Shown: positions 1-13,343 of the stretch, one piece after another
Position numbering within the stretch: position 1 is the first letter of the stretch
How the letters are laid out: each line of letters starts with the position of its first letter
Program-made: the position numbers and the translations under genes
The notes under the pieces: generated by a model
Told to the model about the DNA's origin: nothing
Seen by the model: only the letters and a program-made list of their open reading frames with translations
Database searches by the model: none
Assembly: GCF_006345805.1 (NCBI RefSeq)
Contig: NC_043001.1
Coordinates: 102,548,001 to 102,612,000, forward strand
Reading direction: 5' to 3'
Length of the DNA stretch: 64,000 nucleotides
Origin: Octopus sinensis
Taxonomy: Eukaryota

Positions 1-30
1 ACGGACGTTAAACGATGATGATGATGATGA
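1..30 (+). mobile_element. 3' tail of RTE-family retroposon, cut by window start
   Basis: acggacgttaaacgatgatgatg matches the tail of longer copies in this window, e.g. 55675-55706 and 57843-57872. Confidence 0.7.
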
Positions 31-664
31 TATATGAGAGAGAGAGAGATGTATACATATGCCTGTAAAATATGTGAGCTAGCATGATATCCCCCACCTC
101 CCTTCCTAAATAAAAAATATATATTTAAAAAAAAACATCTATCAACAAACGTTTTTATCAAAAGACATGTTACACCACATTAAAACCATCGCCCCAAATA
201 CATACCTAAAACATAGAAAATTACTAAAAGAAAGAATTTGGAAAAAATATCTGGTCATTAGATACCTGACTAAAGGTCAACTATTCAAATGGCTTCACAA
301 AACACTATTTTAACACCCCACCACATCTCAACTCCACCCCCAATCAAGTATCTTGTGTTGACCATTCACTGCTTTCAGCTATCATTCATCAATAGTCTTT
401 CATTCCCACACTGATTAACAAACCCCAACCCCCACCCCAAACACACCCAAATCCCATATATTGAATCACAAAACCTCAAATCCTCACATCTGTTTCACAA
501 GGAATGTCAGAAAGGTCTCCAAGAAAGTTAACAAGTAATTTTTTTTATTTTTAATCTTCACACCCAAGTTAACAAAGAACTTACTAGATCTATGAACTAA
601 AATTTATATTATTGAAAAATAAAAAAAAAATTAATTAAACTGATTATAACTACTTTGGAGATAC

Positions 665-1073
665 GCTGTGATTGAGAAGACCCGGCAAGTAAAGGGAGAT
701 CACAGCTGTAGCCTTTACCAGTCTCGCATAACCAGCACATTTAATAAGTACCTTTGAATCATCGGGTGATACGCGCACTTGAGACGACCTATTGAGTCAA
801 GTAATATCAAAATAAGATCAAAATGAAAATGGAAATTGTTGTTGTGGCTAATGCCAGTGCTGCCTGACTGGCACATAATAAGCACCATTCAAGCATGAGT
901 TGATGCCAGTGCCACCTGAATGGCTCCCATGCCAGTGGCATGTAAAAAGCAACCACTACACTCTTGGAGTGGTTGGTGCTAGGAAGGGCATCCAGCTGTA
1001 GAAACCTTGCCAGTCCCCAGTCAAACCATCCAACCCATGCCAGCATGGAAAACGGATGTTAAACAATGATGAT
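665..1073 (+). mobile_element. 5'-truncated RTE LINE, 3' UTR only
   Basis: Contains the family motifs taggaagggcatccagctgtagaaac and ccaacccatgccagcatggaaa, ending in a (GAT) tail. The same 3' UTR follows RTE coding sequence at 24019-25392. Confidence 0.75.
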
Positions 1074-1299
1074 ATATATATATATTATATATATACATAT
1101 ATATATATATAAATGTGTGTGTGTGTGTGTGTACAAGGTGGTTCTGAAATGTTCCTGGCATTGGGTAAAAGAAAATACAGTAGAATCAGTTAATTATGAT
1201 TTTATTCAACATATTCCCCTCTCAGATTCACACACTTATTGCAGCGGTCCTGCAATACCATCATCTGGCACAAAGACACATCCCTGAATACCACTCCCT

Positions 1300-1478
1300 T
1301 CTCAGTTGAGAAGGTCTTTACTTGCAAGTTATTTGGCCACCTCCCCAGTGCTGATGTCACCTAAACAGCACCCAGTACTGGGAAAGTATCCAGCTGTAGA
1401 AACCATGTCAAAAGTAAACGGTAGAGCCTGATACAGTTTTCTGAATTGCCAGCTCCTGTCAAACTGCCCAACCCATGC
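1300..1478 (+). mobile_element. Degenerate RTE 3' UTR fragment
   Basis: Contains tccagctgtagaaaccatg and gccagctcctgtcaaactgcccaacccatgcc, homologous to 25260-25350. Confidence 0.55.
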
Positions 1479-2401
1479 CACCACCACCACCACTGTTACC
1501 ACTGCTGCCATTACTACCATTATCATCGTAGCTGGATGCCCTTCCAGTTACTCAGCCTTACCTAATGTTCAATAAAGGATATATTATACCACATGTCTTT
1601 CCAGCCTGCAATGCCACCACTTGTAGCTGAGCAATTTTGGGACAAACACAAATGTAAACAAATAATACACAGGCACACACATACATATATCCCTACCCCC
1701 ACTAACCTATGCCACCATGCTTCCAAACTTGCACATACATGAATAGACAAACATCACACCAACATATACCCACACACCTACCTCCAGATGCACAATCACA
1801 TACATTTATCTACACACCCACTCCTTCCTCTCTTCTGGACATCCTCTCAGAGAATACTATTTCCTCACTGATTTTTAACACCTTAACCTTCCTCCTGGAG
1901 CCACCTCCCCCCCCCCTACAATATCTTATGTCCAAAACAACGCATTCTTATTTCAACTTCACAAGTATTAAACTAATGTCATGTTTCTCAAGCTTTGGTC
2001 TCTCTGTGATGTTCTTTTCAATGTTTGTTGACTTTATACCGTGTATGTGTGTGTGTACAAGTGCACACATACAAACATGCAATACACGAATGTCAGTTCT
2101 GAAGTTTTTTAAAGAATATCCAGTGCTCAAGTCAGCTGACAGCTATTGGACGTGAGATTGAGAGTAACAACAAAATAGAAAGTTTACATTTTCAGGGAAG
2201 AAATTTCGAATCATAAATAAAGTGTCTAACTCATGTTTGTAGGTGGAATTCCCAAACTGTGCAACTTTTAAACAAGAAATAACAAATAATAGTCCAATGC
2301 AAGCTCAACAAAAATCACACCAACTAAGGTCAATACTATTTAGAACGGAAAATACTGCATTATGGTGGCTGTTGTACTCATAGATTAACGAGACATCTAC
2401 A

Positions 2402-2434
<33 letters not shown>

Positions 2435-3129
2435 TAAGGGTATGAGTACACATGCAGAGTTGTGTGTATATACACAGAAGTGTGTGGCAGTATGCAAATT
2501 TTACACCAGCTACAATAACAAGTATATGTATACAATAATTACAGTAAGGCATAAGCAATGACAACAACCACACAAACTATGTTTAAAGTAGACCATAAGC
2601 TGTGTATAGTAACCACCTTGTACAAATTATGGGAACAATTATACTCAACCTATATAACTGCCTAAGATAAGCCATGGTAACAATCATATGCAAGATATAG
2701 TAAGAACCACATACGAGTATACTAACAGCTAAATATGAACTGTGATAACAAACATACACAAACCATGGAAGAAACAACAGTCAAAATATGGTAGCAATGA
2801 TACTCAATTTAAAGACAACCTAAAGGAGTAAATCATCATTGTCATACAATATTGGCTCTTGATGAAAAAAAAAAAAAAGAGACATTTTACCCCACAAAAC
2901 CTTGTTAAATAAAAGCAACATCTGTTGAGAAATTAGTTGACATTGCTTCCATGGTTTTACCATAATGAAACCACTCTGGTTATTTGACCACCACTAATAA
3001 AATGATCATTTGGTGGATTACCAGAAAGACAATAAGATTAGAATTTACATTCGTGGATATAAATCCTCATTTTAACCGTCAACAAAATTATTATTTTAAA
3101 ACCTTTTCCCAACTCAGTTTGTGGGAGGT

Positions 3130-3400
3130 GGGTCTTATACTTCGCTGTGTTCCTAATCACACTTCAGTAAGTTCTTGAACAACTACTACGAGCGATTCTT
3201 TATCAAGATCTACATTAGATGTATTTAACTCAGCCCTCAGCAATGTTTTAATTGGAACACATCATCCAGTTTCAGGATATGTCTAAACCATCTCTATTAA
3301 TTCTTCTTACTTGCATTTAACTGAAGCTTCTTGCATGCAAGTGCCTTGTCAGCTTCCCTGCACTCAATGCATCTTTCATGACTATGTATACATTAAAGAA
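3130..3400 (-). mobile_element. Highly decayed RTE-like LINE ORF2 C-terminal remnant
   Basis: Minus strand gives RWFRHILKLDD, resembling the RTE RLRWFGHV motif, with many stops. Confidence 0.4.
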
Positions 3401-3424
3401 ACTTCTAAACTTCCTTGGCTATTA

Positions 3425-3830
3425 TCATTAACATCATCATCATTGTTTGACCATGGTCAAGACAATGGGATTTACTATGTTACACCAGACTTCACGGTCC
3501 ATCATAGCATTACGGAGGTCCTGTTGCTGGATGCCTGTATCCCTGGAGATTACATCAGGGTAGGAGAGTGTGCGCCCTCTGGTATCGCGAGCAGATGGCT
3601 TCCAGAGGAGAAGAGTAGAAATTACCTCATTTTCAGCTCTACAACAATGTCCAGCAAACTGGACTCTTCTACCTTTCACAAGAGATGATACAGGTGGTAA
3701 TTTCCCATATATTTATACTTTAGTTGGATGACGCTTCCACAAGAGATTTTGAGCTCTCATAAGGAGGCGAGTGTAAGTTCCATCCAACCGCCTCTCAAGC
3801 TTCTTTGATAACGTCCAGGTTTCTGAGCCA
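3425..3830 (-). mobile_element. 5'-truncated RTE-clade LINE, ORF2 C-terminus and short tail
   Basis: Minus frame reads GSETWTLSKKLERRLDGTYTRLLMRAQNLLWKRHPTKV*IYGKLPPVSSLVKGRRVQFAGHCCR...DREVWCNIVN (one stop), followed by a tgatgatgatg tail. Confidence 0.85.
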
Positions 3831-4052
3831 TTTAAACCAGCCACAACCAGCCCAAATATTCTCCTTGTTTCATCTTCAAACTAGCCAGATCTGGATTCTC
3901 ACACCTACCCAACAATGTCATTCTAACAATGAAACAAACAGCCACATCATCAAAGTCTGAAAGACTACAAGGTAATGCATGGGTAATTCAAAACAATGTG
4001 AATAGATAAGCAGTACATTTGACAGATAGTAATCTGAATGCTAAAGGGTTAA
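3829..4052. mobile_element. piggyBac-like MITE lacking its left terminus
   Basis: Ends in aatctgaatgctaaaggg plus TTAA. Homologous to the two flanks of the minisatellite (27781-27885 and 32154-32274). Confidence 0.7.
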
Positions 4053-5384
4053 GTTTCAAGCTGAAGACCAACAAATATGTGGTCAGTCAACTATAATTAA
4101 GGTTAGTCTTTCAAGTACTCTGAAACCATTTCAAACATTTAGAAGACATTTAATAAACATATCTATTCAAAGGAATAATGCAATAATGATTATCACTTCA
4201 AGAAAAAGCACAATTCAATTGAACATGTATTTAGTCATGACAATCTCTTGAAACAATGACCTGACGACAACAAGGGCTTTCTGTCAGCCTGTCTTTTTCC
4301 ATCTTTCTCATTCAAGTGTACACTTTTACAGATGTCTGTGCATGCACATGTATGCACATAGGTGTGTACATGCACACACACAGACAAACACACAAACGCA
4401 CACACACACACATAATATCCTTGCTAGAGTTCTTATAACCAGAAGGATTGTGAGAAATGTTATGTTGCTATGGTTGTATTATTATCTTAGTGATGAAAGA
4501 CAAGCTGCCAGGAAATATTCTTTCCCTTCCTTCAGTAATGTTATTCCGAAACGAAAGAAAGGGAAAGAATTCCATTGAAATCCTACAGTAATATGTTTGT
4601 GTACTAGACTCATCTCTATTGCAATATCTACACATTTACATAGTTGGAGTCTATGAAAATACAAATATGCTCTTATGCAAGTGATGTGAATGTTCATATA
4701 GAAAGGTGTTGCTTTCCTCTGCCTCCTCCCTCATTCTTTTCTTTCTATCATTATATACATATAATTTCCCCCTTTTTTTTCTTCTTGCATTCACCTCTCT
4801 CTCTCTCCCTCTCTCTCCATTTCAACAGAACTGGAAACAACTGAGGGCAACTTTTATTTTTGTCTTCTGTACTCAAACTTTTATGACTGCCCTCTGCTCA
4901 TTAAAGAAGGAGGACAATAGTTTGGCAATGAATTGTTGGAGCAAATTATTTCATAAGATAAAGGAATCTACTTAGCCTCTAATCAGCCATGAAATGAGAA
5001 TGATAACAAGTGTTCAGTGGGATATTTACTAATCAAAGATGTAGGCTATGCCTTATTTCGAGGCACAATATTACATCTGAGGAAAGATTTCACAACAATA
5101 ACACCTAAGCTACAGTCACGTACATTTATATGGAGAGATATTGCTGCTGCTTTGAAAAATGATACTAAAATGCATTGTATCATCATATATCGCCTTTTAA
5201 ATTCTTTCTTATATATAAGATGACTAATTCTTGTAAAAATGGTCCTAGGCACACATATATAAACAAACATACATGAACACATTTGCATTTAAAAACAGAG
5301 ACAAGGTTATGGACATACATGGAAAATTTCAAGAATACAAACACATATCCACAGCAATGCATAAGACACAAGAACATTAAATAT

Positions 5385-5592
5385 CATGGACCCTGTACGT
5401 GTGTGGAGAAAGCACCCAGTACAGTCTGCAAAGTAGTTGGGATTAGGAAGGGCATCTAGCCATAGAAACTTGCCAAAACAGACAACTGGAGCATGGTGCA
5501 GCCTCCTGGCTTGTCAGTCCTCAGTCATACTGTCCAACCCATGCCAGCATGGAAAGCAGACATTAAATGATGATGATGCTGATGATGATGAT
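5385..5592 (+). mobile_element. RTE 3' UTR fragment with (GAT)n tail
   Basis: ttaggaagggcatctagc...ccaacccatgccagcatggaaagcagacattaaatgatgatgatg. Confidence 0.75.
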
Positions 5593-6000
5593 TTACTGAT
5601 CGTTTTTGTGAATGTATCAAATAAAGATGGGATCATATTTGACTTGCTAAACAGAAATGGAAGGATCCTAACTCTGTTAGGATTCCTAAGTTGCTGAAAA
5701 TTTCTTCTGAAATGCACAAGCAGGTTGTGAAGGTTAATGTTTGGTAAACCAGGCAGATGTTTATGTCTGATTTTGGATTAGGTTTGTTTGATAATTAAAG
5801 TTTTTTTTTTTTTATTCTTTGACTTATTTCACTTATAGGACAGTGACCATGCTGGGCCACCAATTTGGTGAGTTTAGTCAAACAAACCTACCCCAGTGCT
5901 TTTATTAACTGTATCATTCATATCTACTAAGTTACAGAGACATTAAACAACTAATACTGGTTATCAAGCAGTATGGGGGTCAAAAATAAAGATGCATCTT

Positions 6001-6360
6001 CTTTCACTTGTTTCAGTCAATAGACTGTGGCCATGCTGGGGCATGACCTTGAAGAACATTTTTAGCCGAAAGAATCAACCCCAGTACTATTTCTTTTATT
6101 GGTCTTTTATGCTAAATCACTAAGTTATGGGGATGTAAACACACCAACACTGGTTACCAAGTATTTATTGGGCAACAAACACAGACACACACACAAACAT
6201 ATACATACACAAGCTTCTTTCAGTTTCCTTCTACCAAATCCTACCACAAGGATTTGGTTGATTCGAGGCTATAGCAGAAAACACTTGCCCAAGATGCCAT
6301 GTGGTAGGACTGAACCCAGAGCCATATGGTTGGGAAGCAAGCTTCTTACAACACAGCATG
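6001..6360 (-). mobile_element. tRNA-type SINE, family B (CORE-like body)
   Basis: Reverse of head ctgtgttgtaagaagcttgcttcccaaccatatgg, B-box-like gggttcagtcc, cttgggcaagtg core and cagcatggccacagtc...tgactgaaacaag 3' end. Confidence 0.75.
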
Positions 6361-6656
6361 TCTGCATCAATGAATGCATGCATACATAAATACATGCTAG
6401 CCTTTTACACATCCTTTGCCGACAAATTCAGTCACATGCCATTCATTGCCCTTGCAACAGAAATAACAGAAAAAAAACTTGCCCAAGGTACTCCACTGTA
6501 AGATTGAACTTGAACTCATCAGGTTACAAACAAAACTTCTTAATCACAGCCATGCCAGCACCTGTATACTTTCTATTCATTATTTCTTTCCATTTCAGAG
6601 TAGCTATTTTACAATAATCCATAATGCTTCATAATGTACATATTACTTAATATTTA

Positions 6657-6775
6657 AGGCTGTCAACTGGTAGAACCATTAGCATGCCAGGCAAAATGCT
6701 CAGCGGCATTTTGTCCATCTTTACATTCTGAGTTCAAATTCCACTGAGGTTGACTTTGCCTTTCATCCTTTAGGA
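6657..6775 (+). mobile_element. SINE family A, 5' half
   Basis: ctggtagaaccattagc head, B-box gagttcaaattcc, and gttgactttgcctttcatccttt domain. Confidence 0.7.
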
Positions 6776-6783
6776 GTGAATAT

Positions 6784-7007
6784 ATTTCTTTATTGCATAC
6801 AAGGGGCTAAACATAGAGGGGACAAACAAGGACAGACAAAGGGATTAAGTTGATTACATTGACCCCAGTGCATAACTGGTACTTAATTTATCGACCCCGA
6901 AAGGATGAAAGGCAAAGTTGACCTCAGCAGAATTTGAACTCAGAACATAACGGCAGACGAAATACGGCTAAGCATTTCGCCCGATGTGCTAACGATTCTG
7001 CCAGCTG
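6784..7007 (-). mobile_element. SINE family A, near full length
   Basis: Reverse complement of the 47707-47914 and 61032-61259 copies. Confidence 0.85.
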
Positions 7008-8108
7008 AATCAGATTCAATGAAAGACCTTCACACCAATTGTCTCAGATTCACCAAGCAACACACTAAGGGAATTAGCCAAGAAGATATAGTTTCTTTGC
7101 TTTCCCACTTCTCTAACAGTTTTTGTTTTTGTCTAAATAAATGCACATTACACAACTCAAGCTGAATCTGATACACCCCCCCCCACACACACACACACAT
7201 TTAACTAATTCTTATAAGTTGTCCCAGGAATATCGGTGCTTGCACTCTCTGCAATTATATGCCTGTCTTTCTTTTCTTTTTCTTTTTTCCCCTCTTCCCA
7301 CCCCGACACACTTTGCTATTTCTCATTTTCTCTCTCACCAAACATTGCAGTCATTGCAGTAAAAACTTTCCCAAAGTTTGCAGTATACACTCACCCAATT
7401 CTTCCTCAATTAACCAAACTCACCTGGATCAATCCATTCTCATGTCTTCAACTATAGAAATCACGTTACAGAAGCTAAAGCTGAAAATAAACTACATCAA
7501 CTTCACCTATCTGAGGTAGACTATAAAAATTAGGAGGACCACTCCACTCCTGCCAATTAAATAATAATAATAAGAAGAAGAAGAAGTAGAAGAAGAAGAG
7601 GAATAGCCAGAACAAGTGAAATCGAGAGTTCTGTGAATTGCAATGAAAGTAATAATAATAAAATTAGACAGAGTATCCGATATAGTAGTTCTAAAAGAAC
7701 TAATTAGGTTACACAGTCTGCACAATTCAATACATAACCAAACCATCTGTTTCTCATAATGATTATATATGGGTCTCACAGTGAATGAAAACATGTTTTT
7801 CCTCATAGAATACCAAATGATAGCTTAGTTATACAGTTAATTGATAATGGCTTACATTATCTACCTTTTATATACAAGACATCACAAAATAGAAGACAAT
7901 ACTTTTTTTCCAAAACGTATATATTTGCATTGGTTCATGTGAAAGGAGACTAGTTTTTTTTTTTTATTTCTTTGTCTTATTTCATTTTGTTTCTATGTAA
8001 TCATTGGCGATTTCTGTTTTTTCTTTTATATATTTTTTTAAACAGTTTATTTTATTCTTACTCAGCAAATACTTAAGACATATCAATAGTAAACAGAGAA
8101 TGCTGGCA

Positions 8109-8150
<42 letters not shown>
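8109..8150. repeat. (AAT)n microsatellite
   Basis: Perfect trinucleotide run. Confidence 0.95.
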
Positions 8151-8151
<1 letters not shown>

Positions 8152-9291
8152 GCAGGGTGAAGAAATTAGTTATGTTGACAGCATGACCTTTAAATTTTGA
8201 CTTTCTTTTCTAAGTAATAGAAACAACTAGTATAACATTATGAAGAGTTCTACTGTTTTCTCTTTGGTCTAACTGGTAGGTGGGACAGAAAGAAAGAAAA
8301 AAAATTGAAAAATCATCAGCATACACAAAGGAAGTATTAGGTTTAATTACAAACACACAGCATCTTTGTGAAAGTAGATGAATCAAATTTCTTATACATT
8401 CCTATTGATAAGTATCAACTGAAATTACAGACCAAGGCAATATTTGTTGTTTTTTTTTAATAAACAAAATGTCAAAAATATAAATGTACCCGTTATATTA
8501 TTTACATAGGCTATGATGAATAATTACCATTTATTACCTTATATCTAACTTTTGAGTCAAGATCAGGATATCATCTTGTAATGGATGGTGAACGTAAACA
8601 GCTTAAAGAGTTCAGTGACTGAAATTGGATTTTTTACCCACCTTTTTTTTTTTTTACATTATTCAAACTCCATCTATTTCACAGGACAAAGAATAATAAT
8701 GTGGTAAGTCTTGCATACATTAAATAATTAGGCAAAAAACGTTAATCACTTGAGAGTATCGAAATAAGTAGAAGACAAAAAAAATTCTCACTAACACTGT
8801 TGGAATGTTTTGAAAAGAAGGAAGATAACTCCAATAAGTTCACTTGATCACAATTTCTAAACAAAAGAGACAATGTAGATTGGAATGAGAAAGAACAGAT
8901 ACAACATTCACTTCTCTAACTGAATCAACACTGAGAATAACATTGGAAATAATATTTTAGCATCCAAGACATAAATAAGAAATGAAACATTTCGCAGAGT
9001 CCACCAAACTAGAAACTCTAATGCCATACAGATGACATCCTAAAGACATCAATGATTTATTCATATCTTAATCAAGAATCTTCTAACTTGTGAACTTTTC
9101 TCGAAACAAACAGTTCCTAATCCTTATTATCTGAAAGCTATATGTCAGCAGAGAGAACCAAGAAAGCACAGAACCAACTAAGATGCTTAAGAATAGGAAA
9201 AGCTTACTTTGTACACTGTATAAATCTTGTTAATTTTTAACTCTGTTTTCATCACAAGGGATTCATAAAAAGTTAATATTTAATGTCTTTA

Positions 9292-9476
9292 GGGCGGTGA
9301 GCTAGCAGAATCATTAGCAAGCTGAGAATCTGAGTTCAAATTCCAATAAGGTCATCTTTGCCTTTCACCCTTTCAGGGTTGATAAAATAAGTACCAGTTG
9401 AACACAGGGGTTGATGTAATCAACTTACCCCTACCGTTGAAATTGCTGGCCTTGTGCCAAAATTTGAAACCAATAT
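9292..9476 (+). mobile_element. SINE family A (short-tail variant)
   Basis: ggcggtgagctagcagaatcattagc head, gagttcaaattcc B-box, and ctttgcctttcaccctttcagggttgataaaataagtaccag domain. Confidence 0.75.
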
Positions 9477-9491
9477 TAACTGTCTTTAAAT

Positions 9492-9911
9492 TGTTGGCAT
9501 CCTTTTGTCTTGGGAGACAATGGAGTTGCACATAAACTAATCCAGTCTGGTTTTTACATTTCACGTCCTCTTCAGTTTCCTCTCCAGGTTTGTGCAGGCC
9601 TGGGCTAGATGTAAGAAAATCCTGGGTAGCCCAATCGTCAGGATTCCTCTCTCGACATTGCTGATGTAGTCCAAAGGAGTGCAGAGCATTACATTTGGTA
9701 CCAGCTTGGTTGCAGGACCTGCTGGAAGAGTGTCGAACACTAAACTGCCTACGAGGCCCAACTCCAGATTTCTTTGAAGGTTGTCTCCTTTCCGTAACCC
9801 TGGATAGGGGCCCATACCAGGTACTATGAGCCGGAGCCAGCTGAGCCTGGGACTCGTGTTAGGCAGGGTTGTCACCCCTTGAAGTAGTGAAGAAAATCGC
9901 TACCCACTACC
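9492..9911 (-). mobile_element. Non-autonomous RTE-derived retroposon (putative 5' UTR fused to RTE 3' end) with perfect 15-bp TSD
   Basis: taactgtctttaaat at 9477-9491 and 9912-9926. The minus-strand end ccattgtctcccaagacaaaaggatgccaaca resembles RTE/BovB-type 3' termini. Confidence 0.75.
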
Positions 9912-10784
9912 TAACTGTCTTTAAATACACACACAGATTCAAACCAGAAATGATTTTTATTAAAATGGATATAAAAAAATACACCAGCAACGTACGGCAA
10001 AAATTCCTTATTGCAAACAGCAGTTTAAAGAATGGTACATCACTTAGTTTATTTAAGTTGCTCTTACCAAAACAACAGAAGCAACAGCCATTTCAGAAAA
10101 TCATTCAAAGCTGCAAACATTCAGCCAACAACGAAACATCTGCATAGTCACTCAACTTGCTGGAAATAGCAGCTGAATCATTCCCATATCACACACACTA
10201 CTGCCAGGAAAGACATACACTGGATACACTTGCTTGAATACAAAGGATGTTTTTGGTCACACAAAAACATCTATCATCAAAGGTATGTTCAATCTGAACA
10301 GAACCTAAACAAAATAACAACAGTGCAAATATGGAGCGCAGGACACTCAATTCTCCTTGCCCTACCATCATATTCACACTGGATACATTTCTCCAGATAA
10401 CAGTGGTATGGTAGAGCCACAGGTAATAGATTCAGGTTTTGTAACCAGGGATTATAAAGCAAACAGAAGAACATTTATATATGTAGAAGCAAGACACCTT
10501 TGTTGTTTATATTTCATGGTGGAATTCTTTTACTCTTTTACTTGCTACAGCCATTTGACTGTGGCCATACTGGAGGTTCAAATTTCTGAATTAATGCTGG
10601 AGTTTATTAATTTAAAGAGTAAAAATTAACCTAAATTTGTGTATATAGTTATATATAGACAAGGACAGTGGAAAGAAAGTGTATAAAAGCAGAAACCAAT
10701 AACTACATCACAAATTATCAAAAAAAAAAGAAAATGGGTAAATAAAGAAATAGACCAATATATTCACAGGCCATCAAGGGAGCC

Positions 10785-11075
10785 TCCAACCACATGGTTC
10801 CAGGTTCAGTTCCACTGTGTGGCACTTTGGGCAAGTGTCTTCAGCTATAACCTCAAACCAACCAAAGCCTTGTGAGCGCATTGTGTGTGTCCATCCTTAT
10901 TTGTCTCCCACCACTGCTCAACAAACAGTGCTGGTGTGTTTACAACCCTATAACGTAGCTGTTTGGCAAAAGGGACTGATAGAAATAGGTCCTGGGGTCA
11001 ATTCATTTGACTAAAACTTTTCACGGTGGTACCCCAGCATGGCCACAGTCTAATGACTGAAACAAGAGAAAAGAG
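10785..11075 (+). mobile_element. SINE family B
   Basis: caaccacatggttccaggttcagttccactgtgtggcactttgggcaagtgtctt...cagcatggccacagtctaatgactgaaacaag. Confidence 0.75.
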
Positions 11076-11944
11076 ATGATAGGAGAGGGAAAATAAAGAG
11101 AAAGGAGAGATGCAGATAATGAGGAAGTTCGGACCAACATGAATCTAGTGCTGGGAAAGGTGTTCTAAGTTTCTTTAAGACAAAAGACTGTAATGAGAGG
11201 AAAGTTGCAGCTATTTCTAGAAAGACAAGAGAGAACATGGAGGCTGCCTTAATGGCCTGTGACTATATTGGTCAAACTGAGAGGTCAGCTAGCATCACAT
11301 TAGTATGAGGCATCATTTCACCAGACCAGCTTTAAAGCTGGTAGTAAACACATACACTGGATCTCTAATAGCTCACATTCACTCCACCCCTGCCAGCGCC
11401 TACTTTCTTCTCTTACTCATATACAAAATGCTATGGTGGAAGAGGTGTTGGTAGAACATGATTAATACTTATAGATTAATTACTATTTAGTTGTAATTGT
11501 CAGAAGATGTAAACAATCTTTAATTATCATTTTGACAATTATCCTACCACACTAATTCCTAGTTAGAACAACAATACATTCATCATTATTACTGTCTTTG
11601 TTTTGTTATCTCTTGTTTGCTTATTTTTGATTCTTTTTTTTTTTGTTCTTTCTCTTCAGTTCTTCACACCAGAAAGAATAGCAATATACTGGAAATAGAA
11701 TAAAATATCCACATTTTCAAAGATTACAAGAATCACATTCTCTAAATTGTTTCCACTACGAAAAGCCCACTTTTCTTCTTCTCCAAATCTCCACCTACCA
11801 CAAACATAAGCATTCCACTACATTCTTAAGATGCCTTGTTTTAACAGACATATATCCTTACAAACACACACATAATGCAAGCACACACACACCACCTTTA
11901 TGAAACAAAATCTTTGCTAACTAACAGCCAGTTGCTTCTAAATT

Positions 11945-11980
<36 letters not shown>

Positions 11981-11988
11981 ATAATGAA

Positions 11989-12026
<38 letters not shown>

Positions 12027-12770
12027 GTATATATATCTCTATAATGAAACACTGGCTAGCTAGAAGTTAATATATGATATGAGAGAGAGAGAGAGAGAGA
12101 AGAATAAAGAAGGCACCCAAAGGTGAAGGTGATTTTCTAGAGGTAAGTAAAAGGGAGAAAGACAGAGAATGGTAGATGGTCTTCTTGCTAGGCAACCATG
12201 AATCTTGACTGAACACCCACATTGTCATGCAGCATATTCACAACAGCAAAGTTATCAATAGCAAGCCTGTGAGGACAGACAACTTGTCGTCTGTCACTGA
12301 AGATTAGGGATGTAGTAGATGGAAAAACGGAGAGTGGAACTCAGAGCGAATGAAACAATGAGAAGAACTTGAGATAAATTAAAGGATATGAACAAGACAA
12401 GTTTGTTAATGATCTATAATTTTAAATACAATTAGCAATTATGCATATATACATGAGGAGAAAAGAATATGTATGTAATAAAGTATGCCTCCAGGTAGGA
12501 GTTTTTGACATACTTAGAAAATATCAAATTATTATGTATAAGTGTGCATATGCAAATATATATTTGTGCAGAAGGCTGGGAGTCTGAATGCAGACATGTA
12601 TTCCTTCATTAAACATGAGTGAATGTATATTAGCTGCATTGCTAAAGGAAAATATTCTGGTACATTTTTCAAAATATAAAAATGCATCCTATTTAATCAT
12701 AATAACATTCTCATACACAAAAGCATATTAAATTTGTGGTTCTTTTTCTCTCTTTCTTTTTTTTTTTGAT

Positions 12771-13100
12771 CTTTTTCTTGTTTCAGTCATTAGATTGTGA
12801 CCATGCTGGGGCACCACATAGAAGAAGTTTTAGCCAAGTTTATCAACCTTAGTATCTATATCTCCTTTCTAAGCCTGATCTTTTACCAAACTGATAAATT
12901 ACAGGGACATAAACACACCAACACTGGGGGACAAACACAAACACACACACACTTCTTTCAGTTTCTGCCTACCAAATCCACCCACAAGCCAGTGATCAGT
13001 CTAAGGCTATAATAGAAGACACTTGCTGAAGGTGTGGTGCAATGGGATTGAACCCAGAACCATGTGGTTGGGAAGAAAACTTTTTACCATACAGCTATGA
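12771..13100 (-). mobile_element. SINE family B
   Basis: Reverse-strand homology to the 6001-6360 and 60042-60400 copies. Confidence 0.75.
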
Positions 13101-13299
13101 CCTATTTTTCAGAAAAAAGGAAACAAAATATTGTGACATTCATAGGTTCACTAGAAGCTTTATCAATTAAAACGGTAAGTCTTCAGCAGAAAGTATAAAC
13201 CAAGTTACTAATCTCAACTAGTCACGAGCTCAAAGTATATTGCAAAGCATTGATAACAGATATGTAATGAAACATTAAATAGGATTGTTGATATACTCT

Positions 13300-13343
<44 letters not shown>

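Noticed and set aside
1562-1626. 65-nt minus-strand exon candidate (ctcag|...TAG|gtaagg)
   Set aside because: Splice signals are plausible, but the peptide is unrecognised and no phase-linked partner was found; indistinguishable from chance.
3311-3688. 125-aa plus-strand ORF
   Set aside because: Antisense to the RTE ORF2 remnant.
9561-9875. 104-aa minus-strand ORF
   Set aside because: It lies inside the TSD-bounded retroposon, starts at a non-ATG codon and has no recognisable domain.
11255-11300. YIGQTER motif suggesting a GIY-YIG/PLE remnant
   Set aside because: A single short motif with no recognisable flanking domain.
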